DNA of 64,000 nt from Candidatus Binatia bacterium (GTDB taxonomy: Bacteria > Desulfobacterota > Binatia > Bin18): the NCBI GenBank assembly GCA_963666315.2, contig CAXXHG010000043.1, forward strand, positions 256,001-320,000, in the 5' to 3' direction. Shown one piece after another: positions 30,180 through 42,615 of this stretch (its first letter is position 1; every line of letters begins with the position of its first letter). Position numbers and translations under genes: made by a program. The notes under the pieces were generated by a model. That model was not told the DNA's origin. It saw nothing but the letters and a program-made list of their open reading frames with translations, and did no database searches.

Positions 30180-30839
30180 ATGGACCGGGATGCTCTACCC
30201 CTCTTGCTGAAAGGCGCTGGTTTTTTAAACATTTCACTTTCTCCACTAACCCTTAGTATTCTGAACCTTTACCTGGACGAGCTCAAGCGCTGGGCGCTGG
30301 TTTTTAATCTTGTAGGTCAACATGACGCGACAACGGTTATTCAAAGGCATGTTCTTGATGCGCTCGCCATTTCCCACCTACTTCCATCTTGGGGTTCCTT
30401 TGTCGATCTAGGCAGCGGAGCTGGATTTCCAGGATTCATACTCGCGGCAGTAGAGCCAGGGAGAGAGTACGTACTAGTAGAGGTACGTAGAAAGCGGGCA
30501 AATTTTCTTAGAGAAGTAACAAGATCAACCGGAATCAAGAATATCATGGTCCTCGAGGGAAGGGTGGAGTCTCTTTCGCAACAAAACGGACTGGTTTCTG
30601 AGTTTAACGTTGTGACAACACGAGCGACATGGAGTATCTCTCAATTTCTTGCTTTTTCTGCACCTTTCCTTAAGACAGATGGCATAGCGCTAGCAATGCA
30701 AGGTCCGCGCAAAGGGGACTCCGCCCTAATTTCAGAAACAGATTGCGAGTCATTAGGCTTTGATAGGGATAGCACCCATGATTACTCCCTGCCCTTGGGG
30801 GGGGATAGATGCGCCATGCTCTTCAGAAAACGAGGTTGA
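30180..30839 (+). CDS. rsmG: 16S rRNA m7G527 methyltransferase (GidB)
   Basis: RHVLD, DLGSGAGFPG and TRA motifs; follows mnmG. Confidence 0.93.
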   Translation: MDRDALPLLLKGAGFLNISLSPLTLSILNLYLDELKRWALVFNLVGQHDATTVIQRHVLDALAISHLLPSWGSFVDLGSGAGFPGFILAAVEPGREYVLVEVRRKRANFLREVTRSTGIKNIMVLEGRVESLSQQNGLVSEFNVVTTRATWSISQFLAFSAPFLKTDGIALAMQGPRKGDSALISETDCESLGFDRDSTHDYSLPLGGDRCAMLFRKRG

Positions 30840-30843
30840 TGAA

Positions 30844-30859
30844 TGTTTCACGTGAAACA
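30844..30859. promoter_or_regulatory. parS site (perfect)
   Basis: TGTTTCACGTGAAACA, the canonical chromosomal parS palindrome, upstream of parAB. Confidence 0.92.
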
Positions 30860-30876
30860 AGGAAGAAGGAGATAAA

Positions 30877-30892
30877 TGTGTCACATGAAACA
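30877..30892. promoter_or_regulatory. parS site (degenerate)
   Basis: TGTGTCACATGAAACA, two mismatches to parS. Confidence 0.65.
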
Positions 30893-30989
30893 TGGCGAAT
30901 CTAGATCAGGGTGTCAAAAAAACTCTTTGTAAATAAATACTTACGCTGCGTCTTTTATTCATTTTCTTAATGTGTTAGGAGAAACGGAG

Positions 30990-31877
30990 GTGGCTCGAAC
31001 TATTTGCATTGCGAACCGAAAGGGCGGGGTCGGAAAAACAACCACGGCCATCAACCTGTCGGCTGCAATCGGTATCTCTGGAGAAAAGACCCTCCTTATC
31101 GACTGCGATCCCCAAGGGAACGCGACAAGCGGCATAGGGGCACGCATAACCCCCGATGCAGCCACCATCTATCACCTTCTTCTAGGGGAGTGTACGCTTC
31201 CGGACACTATCCAAAAGACTGCTATTGAGAACCTTGATATCATTCCCGCAACCCACGACCTCATTGGTGCAGAAGTCGAACTGCTCAATGTCGAAAATCG
31301 CGAATATCGTCTTAAAAATATCATCCAGCACTACGCTTCCGCATACAAATACATATTTCTTGACTGTCCTCCTTCTTTAGGATTACTCACGATCAATGCC
31401 CTTACCGCCGCAGATAGCGTACTTATTCCACTTCAGTGTGAGTATTATGCGCTTGAAGGGCTCCGATCATTATTGGAAACTCTACACATTATCAGAGATC
31501 GATTGAACCCCGATCTAGCAATTGAAGGCCTTTTGTTGACTATGTTTGACGCGCGCAATAGGCTGTGTCATCAGGTTACCGACGAAGTACGGCAATTCTT
31601 CCCCCAGCATGTTTTTGAAACCATCATTCCTCGAAATGTGAGGCTGAGCGAGAGCCCCAGCCATGGTTTGCCCGTCATTCTATATGATCCGTCATGCCGT
31701 GGCGCCAAAAGCTATACGGAACTCGCCCAGGAACTCTTACATAAAGAGCAAACAAAACCGATGGATTATGGGCCGCGTGCGAGTAGCACTGCAGGTGTCA
31801 GAAGCACGACAGAAGTAGCGTCAATAGCGGCGTTGCAGGCAGATTCGTTTCCAGGCCAAAAAAGGGAGCCCGAATGA
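30990..31877 (+). CDS. parA: Chromosome partitioning ATPase ParA/Soj
   Basis: KGGVGKTTT, DCDPQGNATSG, DCPPSLG and IPRNVRLSESPSHG motifs. Confidence 0.96.
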   Translation: MARTICIANRKGGVGKTTTAINLSAAIGISGEKTLLIDCDPQGNATSGIGARITPDAATIYHLLLGECTLPDTIQKTAIENLDIIPATHDLIGAEVELLNVENREYRLKNIIQHYASAYKYIFLDCPPSLGLLTINALTAADSVLIPLQCEYYALEGLRSLLETLHIIRDRLNPDLAIEGLLLTMFDARNRLCHQVTDEVRQFFPQHVFETIIPRNVRLSESPSHGLPVILYDPSCRGAKSYTELAQELLHKEQTKPMDYGPRASSTAGVRSTTEVASIAALQADSFPGQKREPE

Positions 31878-32758
31878 GTGAAGCTGTTGCAAGTGTGAAA
31901 AGGCGCTCTCTAGGCAGAGGTCTGAGTGCTCTCATTCCGCAAGGGACATCACTGGATACTCCAGCTGAGCGTCGTGTTCCCATAGCTGATATTCGTCCCA
32001 ATCCACGCCAACCAAGACGCTATTTTAATGAAACAAAAATTGCCGAGCTGGCTGAATCCATACGGAATCAAGGTATATTACAGCCGCTTTTGGTTAGAAA
32101 GGTGATTAAAGGTTACGAACTAATTCTCGGTGAGCGCCGTTTTCGCGCTGCTCACCGTGCTGGACTTGAGCGTGTTCCCGTCATCGTAAAAGAAGTCAGC
32201 GACGCGGAAAGCCTGGAAATGGCCCTGGTTGAGAACATACAGCGAGAAGAACTTACCCCCATAGAAGAGGCCCTTGCCTATCGTCAGCTGATGCAGGAGT
32301 TTAATCTTACCCAAGCGCAGGTTGCCCAACGCGTTGGTAAAAGCCGCCCTGTAGTCACCAACCTTCTGCGTGTCTTAAATCTGCCGGATGAAATAAAAGA
32401 TGAGGTTGATAAGGGAACCATATCTGTCGGCCACGCTCGAGCGCTGCTCGCCCTCAATTTAACTGAACAGCAGTTGGAAATGGCTCGTCATGTAATGAAA
32501 CATGGTCTTTCAGTACGCGAAACCGAAACCCTCGTTGCTCAATCGAACGTTCAAGAAATACCCACACAGTCGTCTTCACCGCAAAGACAGACGATATCGA
32601 CAAAAGCTGATATCTACCTCACTGCAGTACAGGAAGATCTCATTCAAGCCCTTGGGACAAAAGTAAAAATTCTTCCTCGTCAAAATGGGGGAAGAGTCGA
32701 AATTGAATATTGCTCTAATGAAGAACTAGAGGGGCTTGTACAGCGTCTAAAAGGATGA
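31874..32758 (+). CDS. parB: Chromosome partitioning protein ParB
   Basis: LGRGLSALI, QPR, GERR, ENIQREEL and HTH. Confidence 0.96.
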   Translation: MSEAVASVKRRSLGRGLSALIPQGTSLDTPAERRVPIADIRPNPRQPRRYFNETKIAELAESIRNQGILQPLLVRKVIKGYELILGERRFRAAHRAGLERVPVIVKEVSDAESLEMALVENIQREELTPIEEALAYRQLMQEFNLTQAQVAQRVGKSRPVVTNLLRVLNLPDEIKDEVDKGTISVGHARALLALNLTEQQLEMARHVMKHGLSVRETETLVAQSNVQEIPTQSSSPQRQTISTKADIYLTAVQEDLIQALGTKVKILPRQNGGRVEIEYCSNEELEGLVQRLKG

Positions 32759-32878
32759 AATTAAAAAGGCCGCATAATAATAGCGCCAGAAATAATTACG
32801 GCCATTCCTTATTATAGTTTCTAGCCCTTTGTCTTCTACACTTCGTATTAATTCGTATTAAGAGGAGACCATTCTTCG

Positions 32879-33319
32879 GTGCTTTCTTTCCCTCCAGACT
32901 GGACTTTTATCGCCCAAATTGTTCTTTTTCTTACCGTTTGGACCTGTTTACGCCGCCTTTTGTTTGAACCTAACCTCGCTGTGCTCAAGACACGTAAACA
33001 GCGCACGGAAGGGGCCATGCAAGAGTCGGCGCAGGTCAAAGCTGAAGTCGAGCAGATGAATGAACAGTACAGGGCACGCCTGGCCACAACACGGACTGAA
33101 GCGCGACAAAAGGTCGACACCATTTACAAGGATGCCGGGCTCCAAGCCCGCTCAGTTGTAGAGGCCGCGCGCAAAGAAGCAGGCAAGTCAGTCGTCAGTA
33201 TTCGGCAAACGCTCTCTCAAGATGTTGAAAACACCCGTCTAAGCCTCGAAGCGCAGCTGCCTCAATTCGCTCGTGAAATAAGTGAGAAACTACTGGAGAG
33301 ACCCCTCACCCAGTCATGA
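32879..33319 (+). CDS. ATP synthase F0 subunit b'
   Basis: N-terminal TM plus coiled coil; first of two b-type genes before atpH. Confidence 0.85.
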   Translation: MLSFPPDWTFIAQIVLFLTVWTCLRRLLFEPNLAVLKTRKQRTEGAMQESAQVKAEVEQMNEQYRARLATTRTEARQKVDTIYKDAGLQARSVVEAARKEAGKSVVSIRQTLSQDVENTRLSLEAQLPQFAREISEKLLERPLTQS

Positions 33320-33921
33320 TACAGTCTAAACAGCCCATAATTATTTTCGGCCTCCACATCTCTCTCCTGTGCGCCTTGCCCTCACTGGGCTGGTCTGCCG
33401 AGGACACACATGCTGAGCACGCGGGTAGCTCCCAATTGCTCACACTGCTCTTCTTTACTATTAATTTTCTCATTTTCGTCTTTGTCCTACGCAAATTCGC
33501 ATTTGGCATTATCAAACAAAAGCTCAAGGAACGTCATGCCTCAGTCGTGCAAGCCCTGGATGAAGCCAAGCGAGCCAAAGAAGAAGCCGAACAGCTCCGC
33601 CAAGAATACGAGCAGAAGATAGCCAATCTGGCGGCCGAGGAGGAGCAGTTCCGTACGCAAGCTATTGAGGCTGCAGAACGCGAGCGTACGCGTATCATGG
33701 AAGAAGCCCGACAGATGGCTGAACGAGCGACAGCCGAGGTCCAACTCATCGCTCAACGCGAAATCGAAGCGGCACGCCAGTTGCTGCGCAAAGAGGTCGC
33801 ACGACAAGCGGTGCAGATCGCGACTGCGCTTATTCAACAAAACGTCACATCGAGTGATAATAACCGTTTGTGTCAAAATCTGGTTCGTGAGGTCGGCAAT
33901 GCCGGGAACGCAGGCAGCTAG
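33316..33921 (+). CDS. atpF: ATP synthase F0 subunit b
   Basis: INFLIF TM plus long coiled coil, in atp operon context. Confidence 0.88.
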   Translation: MIQSKQPIIIFGLHISLLCALPSLGWSAEDTHAEHAGSSQLLTLLFFTINFLIFVFVLRKFAFGIIKQKLKERHASVVQALDEAKRAKEEAEQLRQEYEQKIANLAAEEEQFRTQAIEAAERERTRIMEEARQMAERATAEVQLIAQREIEAARQLLRKEVARQAVQIATALIQQNVTSSDNNRLCQNLVREVGNAGNAGS

Positions 33922-34441
33922 GCGCTACGCCAAAGCACTCCTCAGTCTTGCTCAAGAACAAGGCGAGGGAGAAAAAATCGGGTCGCAACTCACCCAAGTA
34001 GCGCAGCTATTCACCGATCCGGAATTAGCAAAAATACTCACCCTACCGGCCCTCCCGCTGAGGGCCCGTCAGAGTATTGTGCAGCAGGTGATCTCTCAGG
34101 CCTCATTACATGACACCTTCGTAAAGTTCTTGCGTGTCCTGGCCGACAATAACCGCTTACGCGACTTAGTCGATATAGACCGGGCTTACCAACGCCTTCT
34201 TGATAAAGTCCTCGGTCGCATTCAAGCCCAGATCCGCTCTGCAGCTGCCCTTTCAGAAGAGGAAGCGCAAATTATTACCGCTGCGTTTAGCCGCCTCACC
34301 AAGAAAACGGTGGAAGCGTCTTTTGCCGTTGATACGGAACTCTTAGGCGGAATCATCGTTGAGGTTGAAGGCCGGGTATACGACGCGAGTCTCAAGACAC
34401 AGCTTGCACGGCTTGAGAGTCAACTTGCGCAACAGCTGTAG
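33899..34441 (+). CDS. atpH: ATP synthase F1 delta
   Basis: ARRYAKAL, LLGG and YDASLKTQL motifs. Confidence 0.95.
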   Translation: MPGTQAARRYAKALLSLAQEQGEGEKIGSQLTQVAQLFTDPELAKILTLPALPLRARQSIVQQVISQASLHDTFVKFLRVLADNNRLRDLVDIDRAYQRLLDKVLGRIQAQIRSAAALSEEEAQIITAAFSRLTKKTVEASFAVDTELLGGIIVEVEGRVYDASLKTQLARLESQLAQQL

Positions 34442-34496
34442 AGAGAGCTGAAAGATCATTAAGAAATAGTACACAACGTATTAACGAGAGGGACGA

Positions 34497-36005
34497 ATGG
34501 AACTACGTGCCGCTGAGATCAGCGAAATCATCAAGCAACAAATTCAAGGCTACGACCAGCAGGTCGAACAGCGGGAGACCGGTACCGTACTCTCAGCCGG
34601 AGATGGAATCGCTCGCATCCATGGACTAGATCGGGTCGCATCCGGAGAACTGCTGCAGTTCCCCGGCGACCTGTACGGCTTGGCGCTCAACCTCGAAGAA
34701 GACAACGTTGGTGCCGCCATCTTCGGTGAGGTGCAGTCTATTAAAGAGGGCGACGAGGTTCGACGCACCGGCCGTATTGCCGAGGTCCCCGTTGGCGATG
34801 CCATGCTCGGTCGAGTCGTGAACGCTCTCGGCCAGCCGCTGGACGGGAAAGGCCCGATTGAAACAACCGAAATGCGCCGGATTGAGGTCAAAGCTCCGGG
34901 CATCGTCCTACGCCAGCCTGTCACAGAGCCCTTACAAACGGGAATCAAAGCCATTGATTCCATGATCCCCATCGGTCGCGGTCAGCGCGAACTCATCATC
35001 GGTGACCGACAAACCGGCAAGACGGCTATTATCGTTGATACCATTATCAACCAAAAAGGTGGCGATGTATCCTGTATTTATGTCGCCATTGGTCAAAAGC
35101 AATCCACAGTAGCCCAACTGGTTGAGCGGCTGACCCGCGCCGGTGCGATGGACTATACCACGATCGTTATGGCCGCAGCCTCCGATGCGGCACCGCTTCA
35201 GTTTATTGCTCCGTACACCGGTTGCGCCATAGGAGAATATTTCCGTGATAACGGTCGGCATGCGTTACTCGCCTATGATGATTTGTCCAAGCACGCCGTG
35301 GCCTATCGACAGCTCTCGCTACTGTTACGCCGCCCACCGGGCCGCGAGGCGTTTCCGGGTGACGTATTCTATCTGCACTCAAGACTATTAGAGCGTGCGG
35401 CAAAAATGAGCGATGCCGAAGGGGGTGGATCCTTGACAGCCTTACCGGTGATTGAGACCCAGGCTGGCGACGTATCCGCCTACATCCCGACCAATGTGAT
35501 TTCTATTACCGACGGCCAAATCTTTCTTGAGTCTGACCTCTTCTTCTCTGGTGTCCGGCCTGCGGTGAACGTGGGTATCTCGGTCTCTCGGGTCGGTGGC
35601 AACGCCCAGATTAAAGCCATGAAACAAGTCGCCGGCTCACTCAGACTGGACTTGGCACAGTACCGTGAGATGGCCGCCTTCGCGCAGTTCGGATCTGATC
35701 TGGATGTCACTACTCAGCGCATGCTCTCGCGAGGAGCGCGCCTCGTCGAAATTCTCAAGCAAGGCCAGTACGAGCCGATGCCGGTCGAACGACAGGTTGT
35801 GATCATTTACGCCGGAACAAACGGCCTCCTGGACGCCTTCCCTGAATCTGCACTAGTCACATATGAAGCGGAACTCGCCCGTTTCATCGAAAATACTCGC
35901 CCGGATATCTATTCTGACATCCTCGCAAAAGGTGAGCTTGACGACGATCTCAGAGGGCAGATCGACACTGCGCTGAAAGCATTCAACGAGAGCTTTTCGG
36001 CGTAA
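34497..36005 (+). CDS. atpA: ATP synthase F1 alpha
   Basis: GDRQTGKT and [22 protein letters not shown] motifs. Confidence 0.99.
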   Translation: MELRAAEISEIIKQQIQGYDQQVEQRETGTVLSAGDGIARIHGLDRVASGELLQFPGDLYGLALNLEEDNVGAAIFGEVQSIKEGDEVRRTGRIAEVPVGDAMLGRVVNALGQPLDGKGPIETTEMRRIEVKAPGIVLRQPVTEPLQTGIKAIDSMIPIGRGQRELIIGDRQTGKTAIIVDTIINQKGGDVSCIYVAIGQKQSTVAQLVERLTRAGAMDYTTIVMAAASDAAPLQFIAPYTGCAIGEYFRDNGRHALLAYDDLSKHAVAYRQLSLLLRRPPGREAFPGDVFYLHSRLLERAAKMSDAEGGGSLTALPVIETQAGDVSAYIPTNVISITDGQIFLESDLFFSGVRPAVNVGISVSRVGGNAQIKAMKQVAGSLRLDLAQYREMAAFAQFGSDLDVTTQRMLSRGARLVEILKQGQYEPMPVERQVVIIYAGTNGLLDAFPESALVTYEAELARFIENTRPDIYSDILAKGELDDDLRGQIDTALKAFNESFSA

Positions 36006-36013
36006 CTGACACT

Positions 36014-38364
<2,351 letters not shown>

Positions 38365-38435
38365 CAAAAAGGACAAAAAGGAAACCCCCGGCTCGGAAAC
38401 TTCGCCGTCAAGAGAAAGAGCATCCAAAGAGAATT

Positions 38436-38843
38436 ATGGCTGATACCCTGCGTCTGCGTTTAGTGACCCCAGAGCGTTTCATCCTCGATGAGGAGGTTGA
38501 TGAAGTGACCGCTCCGGGTACAGTTGGTGAGTTTGGTGTGCTGCCTAACCACACGACCTTTTTGTCCTCGCTCCAGCCTGGGCGACTGTCCTATAAGCAG
38601 GGCGGACAAAACCAATCATTGGCAGTGAGTGACGGATTCGCTGAAGTGGTAGAAAATCTCATGACCGTGTTGTGTACCGACGCCGCCTACGCAAATGAAA
38701 TCGATGCCGAGCAGTCACAAGAGGCGGTCAGAGAAGCCGAAAAGGCGCTCAGCGCCCTCTCCCCAAACGACGCTGGTTTTGACGACGCCCAAAACGCCCT
38801 CCGCCTGGCCGAAGTCCGCTTAGAAGTTGCGTCCGACAACTGA
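38436..38843 (+). CDS. atpC: ATP synthase F1 epsilon
   Basis: LVTPE, GEFGVLPNH and GFAEV motifs. Confidence 0.96.
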   Translation: MADTLRLRLVTPERFILDEEVDEVTAPGTVGEFGVLPNHTTFLSSLQPGRLSYKQGGQNQSLAVSDGFAEVVENLMTVLCTDAAYANEIDAEQSQEAVREAEKALSALSPNDAGFDDAQNALRLAEVRLEVASDN

Positions 38844-39079
38844 CCCTGTTGTGCTGGCACGCGTGTCCTGAACAGGATAAAAGCCCGTAACTTATCGGTC
38901 TATTCTAGTGCTGCCGTATCACCGTCTGAGTAAAATCCTCACGCTCGGCAATGCTGGCTTGCCTATCCGGCTTAAACAGCGGACCCCGATCTCTTATCAA
39001 GCAGAGCTGTCAAAGGCATTGTGACGGGTCACATGGTAACATCGGTCATATAAACGTATGGCTAGGAAACAAGACCAGA

Positions 39080-39394
39080 ATGCGACCGCTTATCCATATT
39101 GCTCTCCATTTCATTGTCCCGGCTCTTGTGGCAGGGAAGTTCTATTGGGGTCACTCGAAGTGGGCTTTCCTCGTGATGGTCGGAACGATGCTGGTTGATA
39201 TCGACCATCTTCTGGCCGACCCAGTGTTCGACCCCAACCGCTGTGGCATAGGCTTTCATCCCTTGCATTCATATCCTGCGATAGTGGTCTATCTGGTGCT
39301 GCTGGCTATCCCCAAAGTACGACTTGTCGCCCTCGGGCTTGCTATTCATATAGCACTAGACAGTGTTGACTGTGTCTGGATGAAGCTCGAATAG
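39080..39394 (+). CDS. DUF6122-like membrane protein
   Basis: HFIVP, TMLVDIDHLLADPVFDPNRCGIGFHPLHS and HIALD motifs. Confidence 0.8.
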   Translation: MRPLIHIALHFIVPALVAGKFYWGHSKWAFLVMVGTMLVDIDHLLADPVFDPNRCGIGFHPLHSYPAIVVYLVLLAIPKVRLVALGLAIHIALDSVDCVWMKLE

Positions 39395-39543
39395 AATGTC
39401 AAGCATGCACAGGGCACGGCATCGCCCTTGCGCTTGGCGCGTTTCTCATTTATGCCGCCAGATGAGTTTGATGGTCTGGTACGTTGCCGGACTCGCACTA
39501 TCTGACACAACGCTACAATCTCGACCGAAATCTGAAAGACAGG

Positions 39544-40332
39544 ATGCAAAAAATTATTGAGATAAAAAATGCCACGGTCTTTCGTGGCCAAACGCGTGTG
39601 TTTGACAACCTCTCGCTCGAGCTCATCCAAGGTCGCAACACGGCTATTCTTGGTCCAAATGGCGCAGGGAAATCGACCTTGCTCAAGCTACTCTCACGCG
39701 AGCTATACGCTGTCCAACGTGCTGACAGTTACGTACGTGTATACGGCAAGGAACGTTGGGACGTGTGGGAGCTGCGTGCCCACTTTGGTCTGGTATCGCA
39801 TGATTTACAGCAACAATACGTTGGAAACGCACGAGGCTTTAATATTATTTTGTCAGGATATTATTCGAGCATAGATACGGCCTGGCACCACACCTTCAGC
39901 CACACAGATAAAGCCCGTGCGCAGCAAATCCTACAAACCTTGGGGATTCACCATCTTCAAGACAAGATTTTTTCTACTATGTCGACCGGCGAGCAGCGCC
40001 GCTTTCTGCTGGGTCGGGCACTCATCAACGATCCCGATACGCTCATCCTGGATGAGCCGACCAGTGGGCTCGACCTGAAAGCCTGTTTTCAATATTTGGA
40101 GATCATCCGTCGATTAATGCAAGAAGGAAAGACCGTTGCTCTGGTTACGCATCATATTCATGAAATTCCTCCCGGGATTTCACGCGTCATACTGCTCAAA
40201 GAAGGCCGGGTTATCGCAGATGGTGAGAAACAAGACATTCTTACCAGTGCGAATCTGAGTATGCTGTTCGATACCACTGTCGAATTGGTCCAGACCAACG
40301 GATACTATCAAGCTATGCCTGGTACTGCCTAA
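39544..40332 (+). CDS. Orphan ABC ATP-binding protein (ModF-like)
   Basis: GPNGAGKS, MSTGEQRR, LDEPT and VTHH motifs. Confidence 0.88.
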   Translation: MQKIIEIKNATVFRGQTRVFDNLSLELIQGRNTAILGPNGAGKSTLLKLLSRELYAVQRADSYVRVYGKERWDVWELRAHFGLVSHDLQQQYVGNARGFNIILSGYYSSIDTAWHHTFSHTDKARAQQILQTLGIHHLQDKIFSTMSTGEQRRFLLGRALINDPDTLILDEPTSGLDLKACFQYLEIIRRLMQEGKTVALVTHHIHEIPPGISRVILLKEGRVIADGEKQDILTSANLSMLFDTTVELVQTNGYYQAMPGTA

Positions 40333-41384
40333 GATAGCGAGCTGTCTACAGCTATGCTTGTAGACAGCCGTGCTGCTGATTTCAGGCGATAGACGCGTGC
40401 CGCGGTATCATGGAAGAGGGCAAGCCGTTCAGTGGGCGAGAAATCGTCAGTAATGCGTTTGAACGAGTTCCATAGCACCGTATAGGAACACGACGCCTTA
40501 TCAACCGGGAAATTACTCTCAAACATACAGCGCTCAACTCCGAATTGCTCAATGCATAAAAGATAATAGGGTGCAGTTGCTTCAGCGATTTCTGCAGATG
40601 TCGGTGGTTCGTCCCTTTTGTGCCAACCAAAGCCACACATCGGCATGGTGACCCCACCAAGTTTGATCACAACATTCTGACACGCGGCAAGATCGACGAT
40701 TCCACGCCTCCACTCGGTGAAAACCTCGTCTTGCTTGCCTGCGTACGGACCTATCCCCAGCAGTCCACCAACATGATCAAGGATAATTGGCGCATCGGGG
40801 AAGGCCTGAGCGAGATCTACCAAGTCGGCAAGCTGGGTGTGGTAGAGCCAGGCATCAAAGCTGAGGCCCAGTTTATAGAGACAGGCAAAGCCCTGCCTAA
40901 ATGTCGCATCCAATAAGAGGCCTTCGGTAGGATTCGTGTGAGCGTTGCGGATCTTGTCACTCACATGCCAGCTTGAGGCATGCCGAATCCCGCGAAAGCG
41001 ACTCTGGCTGGCGGCAATATGCGCCTCAAGTACGGGTTCGACAGCAGAACCAAGTGCAAGGTCGGCCAAGCTCACAATTCCTGCCGCAACCGCAGTCGGT
41101 CCGTAGTGTCCACTCGCACTCTGGGCTGCGATTCCTTGTACAAACTCCGTCTCCCCAACGGGCTTCATCTCTTCGGGACCGTCTTTGCGGTACATCGAAG
41201 CACATTCGACAAAGACCGTTTGAGCGATCCGGTGGCCACCGCCTAGATCCTTGACTAGCTCATCCAGGAGATAACGATCCCGTGGAGTATCCCACAAATG
41301 GTGGTGCGGATCACAAATAGGAAGCTCGGGAGCAAGGGCTTCCTCCATGATCAACCTAAGCCGAGCCTCACGATCCACTGCCAT
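40329..41384 (-). CDS. Amidohydrolase_2 family protein
   Basis: DPHHHLWD, RFRGIR, ILDHVG and MFESNFPVDK motifs. Confidence 0.9.
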   Translation of the reverse strand: MAVDREARLRLIMEEALAPELPICDPHHHLWDTPRDRYLLDELVKDLGGGHRIAQTVFVECASMYRKDGPEEMKPVGETEFVQGIAAQSASGHYGPTAVAAGIVSLADLALGSAVEPVLEAHIAASQSRFRGIRHASSWHVSDKIRNAHTNPTEGLLLDATFRQGFACLYKLGLSFDAWLYHTQLADLVDLAQAFPDAPIILDHVGGLLGIGPYAGKQDEVFTEWRRGIVDLAACQNVVIKLGGVTMPMCGFGWHKRDEPPTSAEIAEATAPYYLLCIEQFGVERCMFESNFPVDKASCSYTVLWNSFKRITDDFSPTERLALFHDTAARVYRLKSAARLSTSIAVDSSLS

Positions 41385-41626
41385 ATCCTTCCTCCTTTAT
41401 TCTGATAGCACGCTTCTATTCTGAAAGCAGACTTCTTGGTCATATACCGAGGCGCTCGGCCAGGCGCAATATCCTGCTCATGTTCTGGGCAGAACGACTC
41501 AAATCAATATGCTCTGCCACGCTCAGCCCAGGCGAATATTCCTGTTTTTTTTTAAATTTTATCGCGCGAAGCCCGATCATTTCTACACGGACCCCGTCCG
41601 AGCGGACCCGTCCGAGAGGAGTACGT

Positions 41627-42601
41627 ATGTCTTGGGTTGATATAACAGTGATTGTTGTCCCGCTTGTCCTTGCAGGGACTGTGGCCCTCCTACTCATCCG
41701 AACTATGGTGCGATCTCGACAACAATCAAAGCCTAAGGCGTCGTCCCAAGTCTCCCGGCCTAAGCGCTCAACGGCAGATCAGTCCCCGCCTGTCCGGCGT
41801 GATCCTCCATCCATGCACTCGTTTACGCCAGAGGTAAAGGCGAGTCAGACAACGGACGAAGACTCGGTATTCGGGCAAGCAGGACGAGACAGGATGTCGT
41901 CCCCACCGTCAAGCGCAGCACCTTCTTCAGACGCGATATCGTCCCCAGCGCCAAGCCCGCCACCTTCTTCAGTAGAGACATTCTGGTCGGATTTTAAGGG
42001 GGAGCGCAGCGCAAAGTTCATTAGTTTTATCAATTTTAAAGGCGGCGTAGGAAAGAGTACATGCGCCGCCGAACTTTCGGCTGCGCTTGCCAGTCAGCAT
42101 GGGAAACGTGTTCTTCTTATTGATCTCGATCCACAGACTAACGCGACATTCTATTTTATGGATTACAGTCAGTGGGAGCATTGGCAACAAACCGCTGGTT
42201 CACTCAGAACCCTCTTTGACGCGTTTCTGGCGGGTAATGGTGAACAGTTTGATATTTCCCGTGTTATTAAGCGCGATCTCATGAGCATTGACGGCGAATC
42301 AATTGTCCCCAATCTTCATCTGCTGCCATCCCATCTAGCTCTCGTCCTCATTGATATTCAGCTCGCAGCAAAGGCCGAAATCTTACACCTAGCCCAAGAA
42401 TTCTTGGCTCGCTTTGAGCAACCTGACATGCAGCAGGAGGCAGCGGCCGACGCTGCTTCTGTCCCTGCCCCTATCAAGCTATATACACCCGCCATGACTC
42501 AAGACGAGATGTCGCCTATCCAGGGTGGGCACTCTGATGCGGAGACATCCGCATCAGAGACAACAGCGGAGACCATCACTCTTGCGGCGAAATCTTCTTA
42601 A
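41627..42601 (+). pseudogene. Membrane-anchored ParA/MinD-like ATPase with an internal deletion
   Basis: N-terminal TM, Pro/Ser linker, NFKGGVGKST and LIDLDPQTNAT are present. Walker B (DCPP) and most of the C-terminal half are missing after QLAAK. Confidence 0.65.
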
Positions 42602-42615
42602 GACCCGCCTCTCCA

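Noticed and set aside
38844-39079. Possible small gene or ncRNA after atpC
   Set aside because: Only short frames without SD or motifs and no convincing structure; it may be an unidentifiable remnant.
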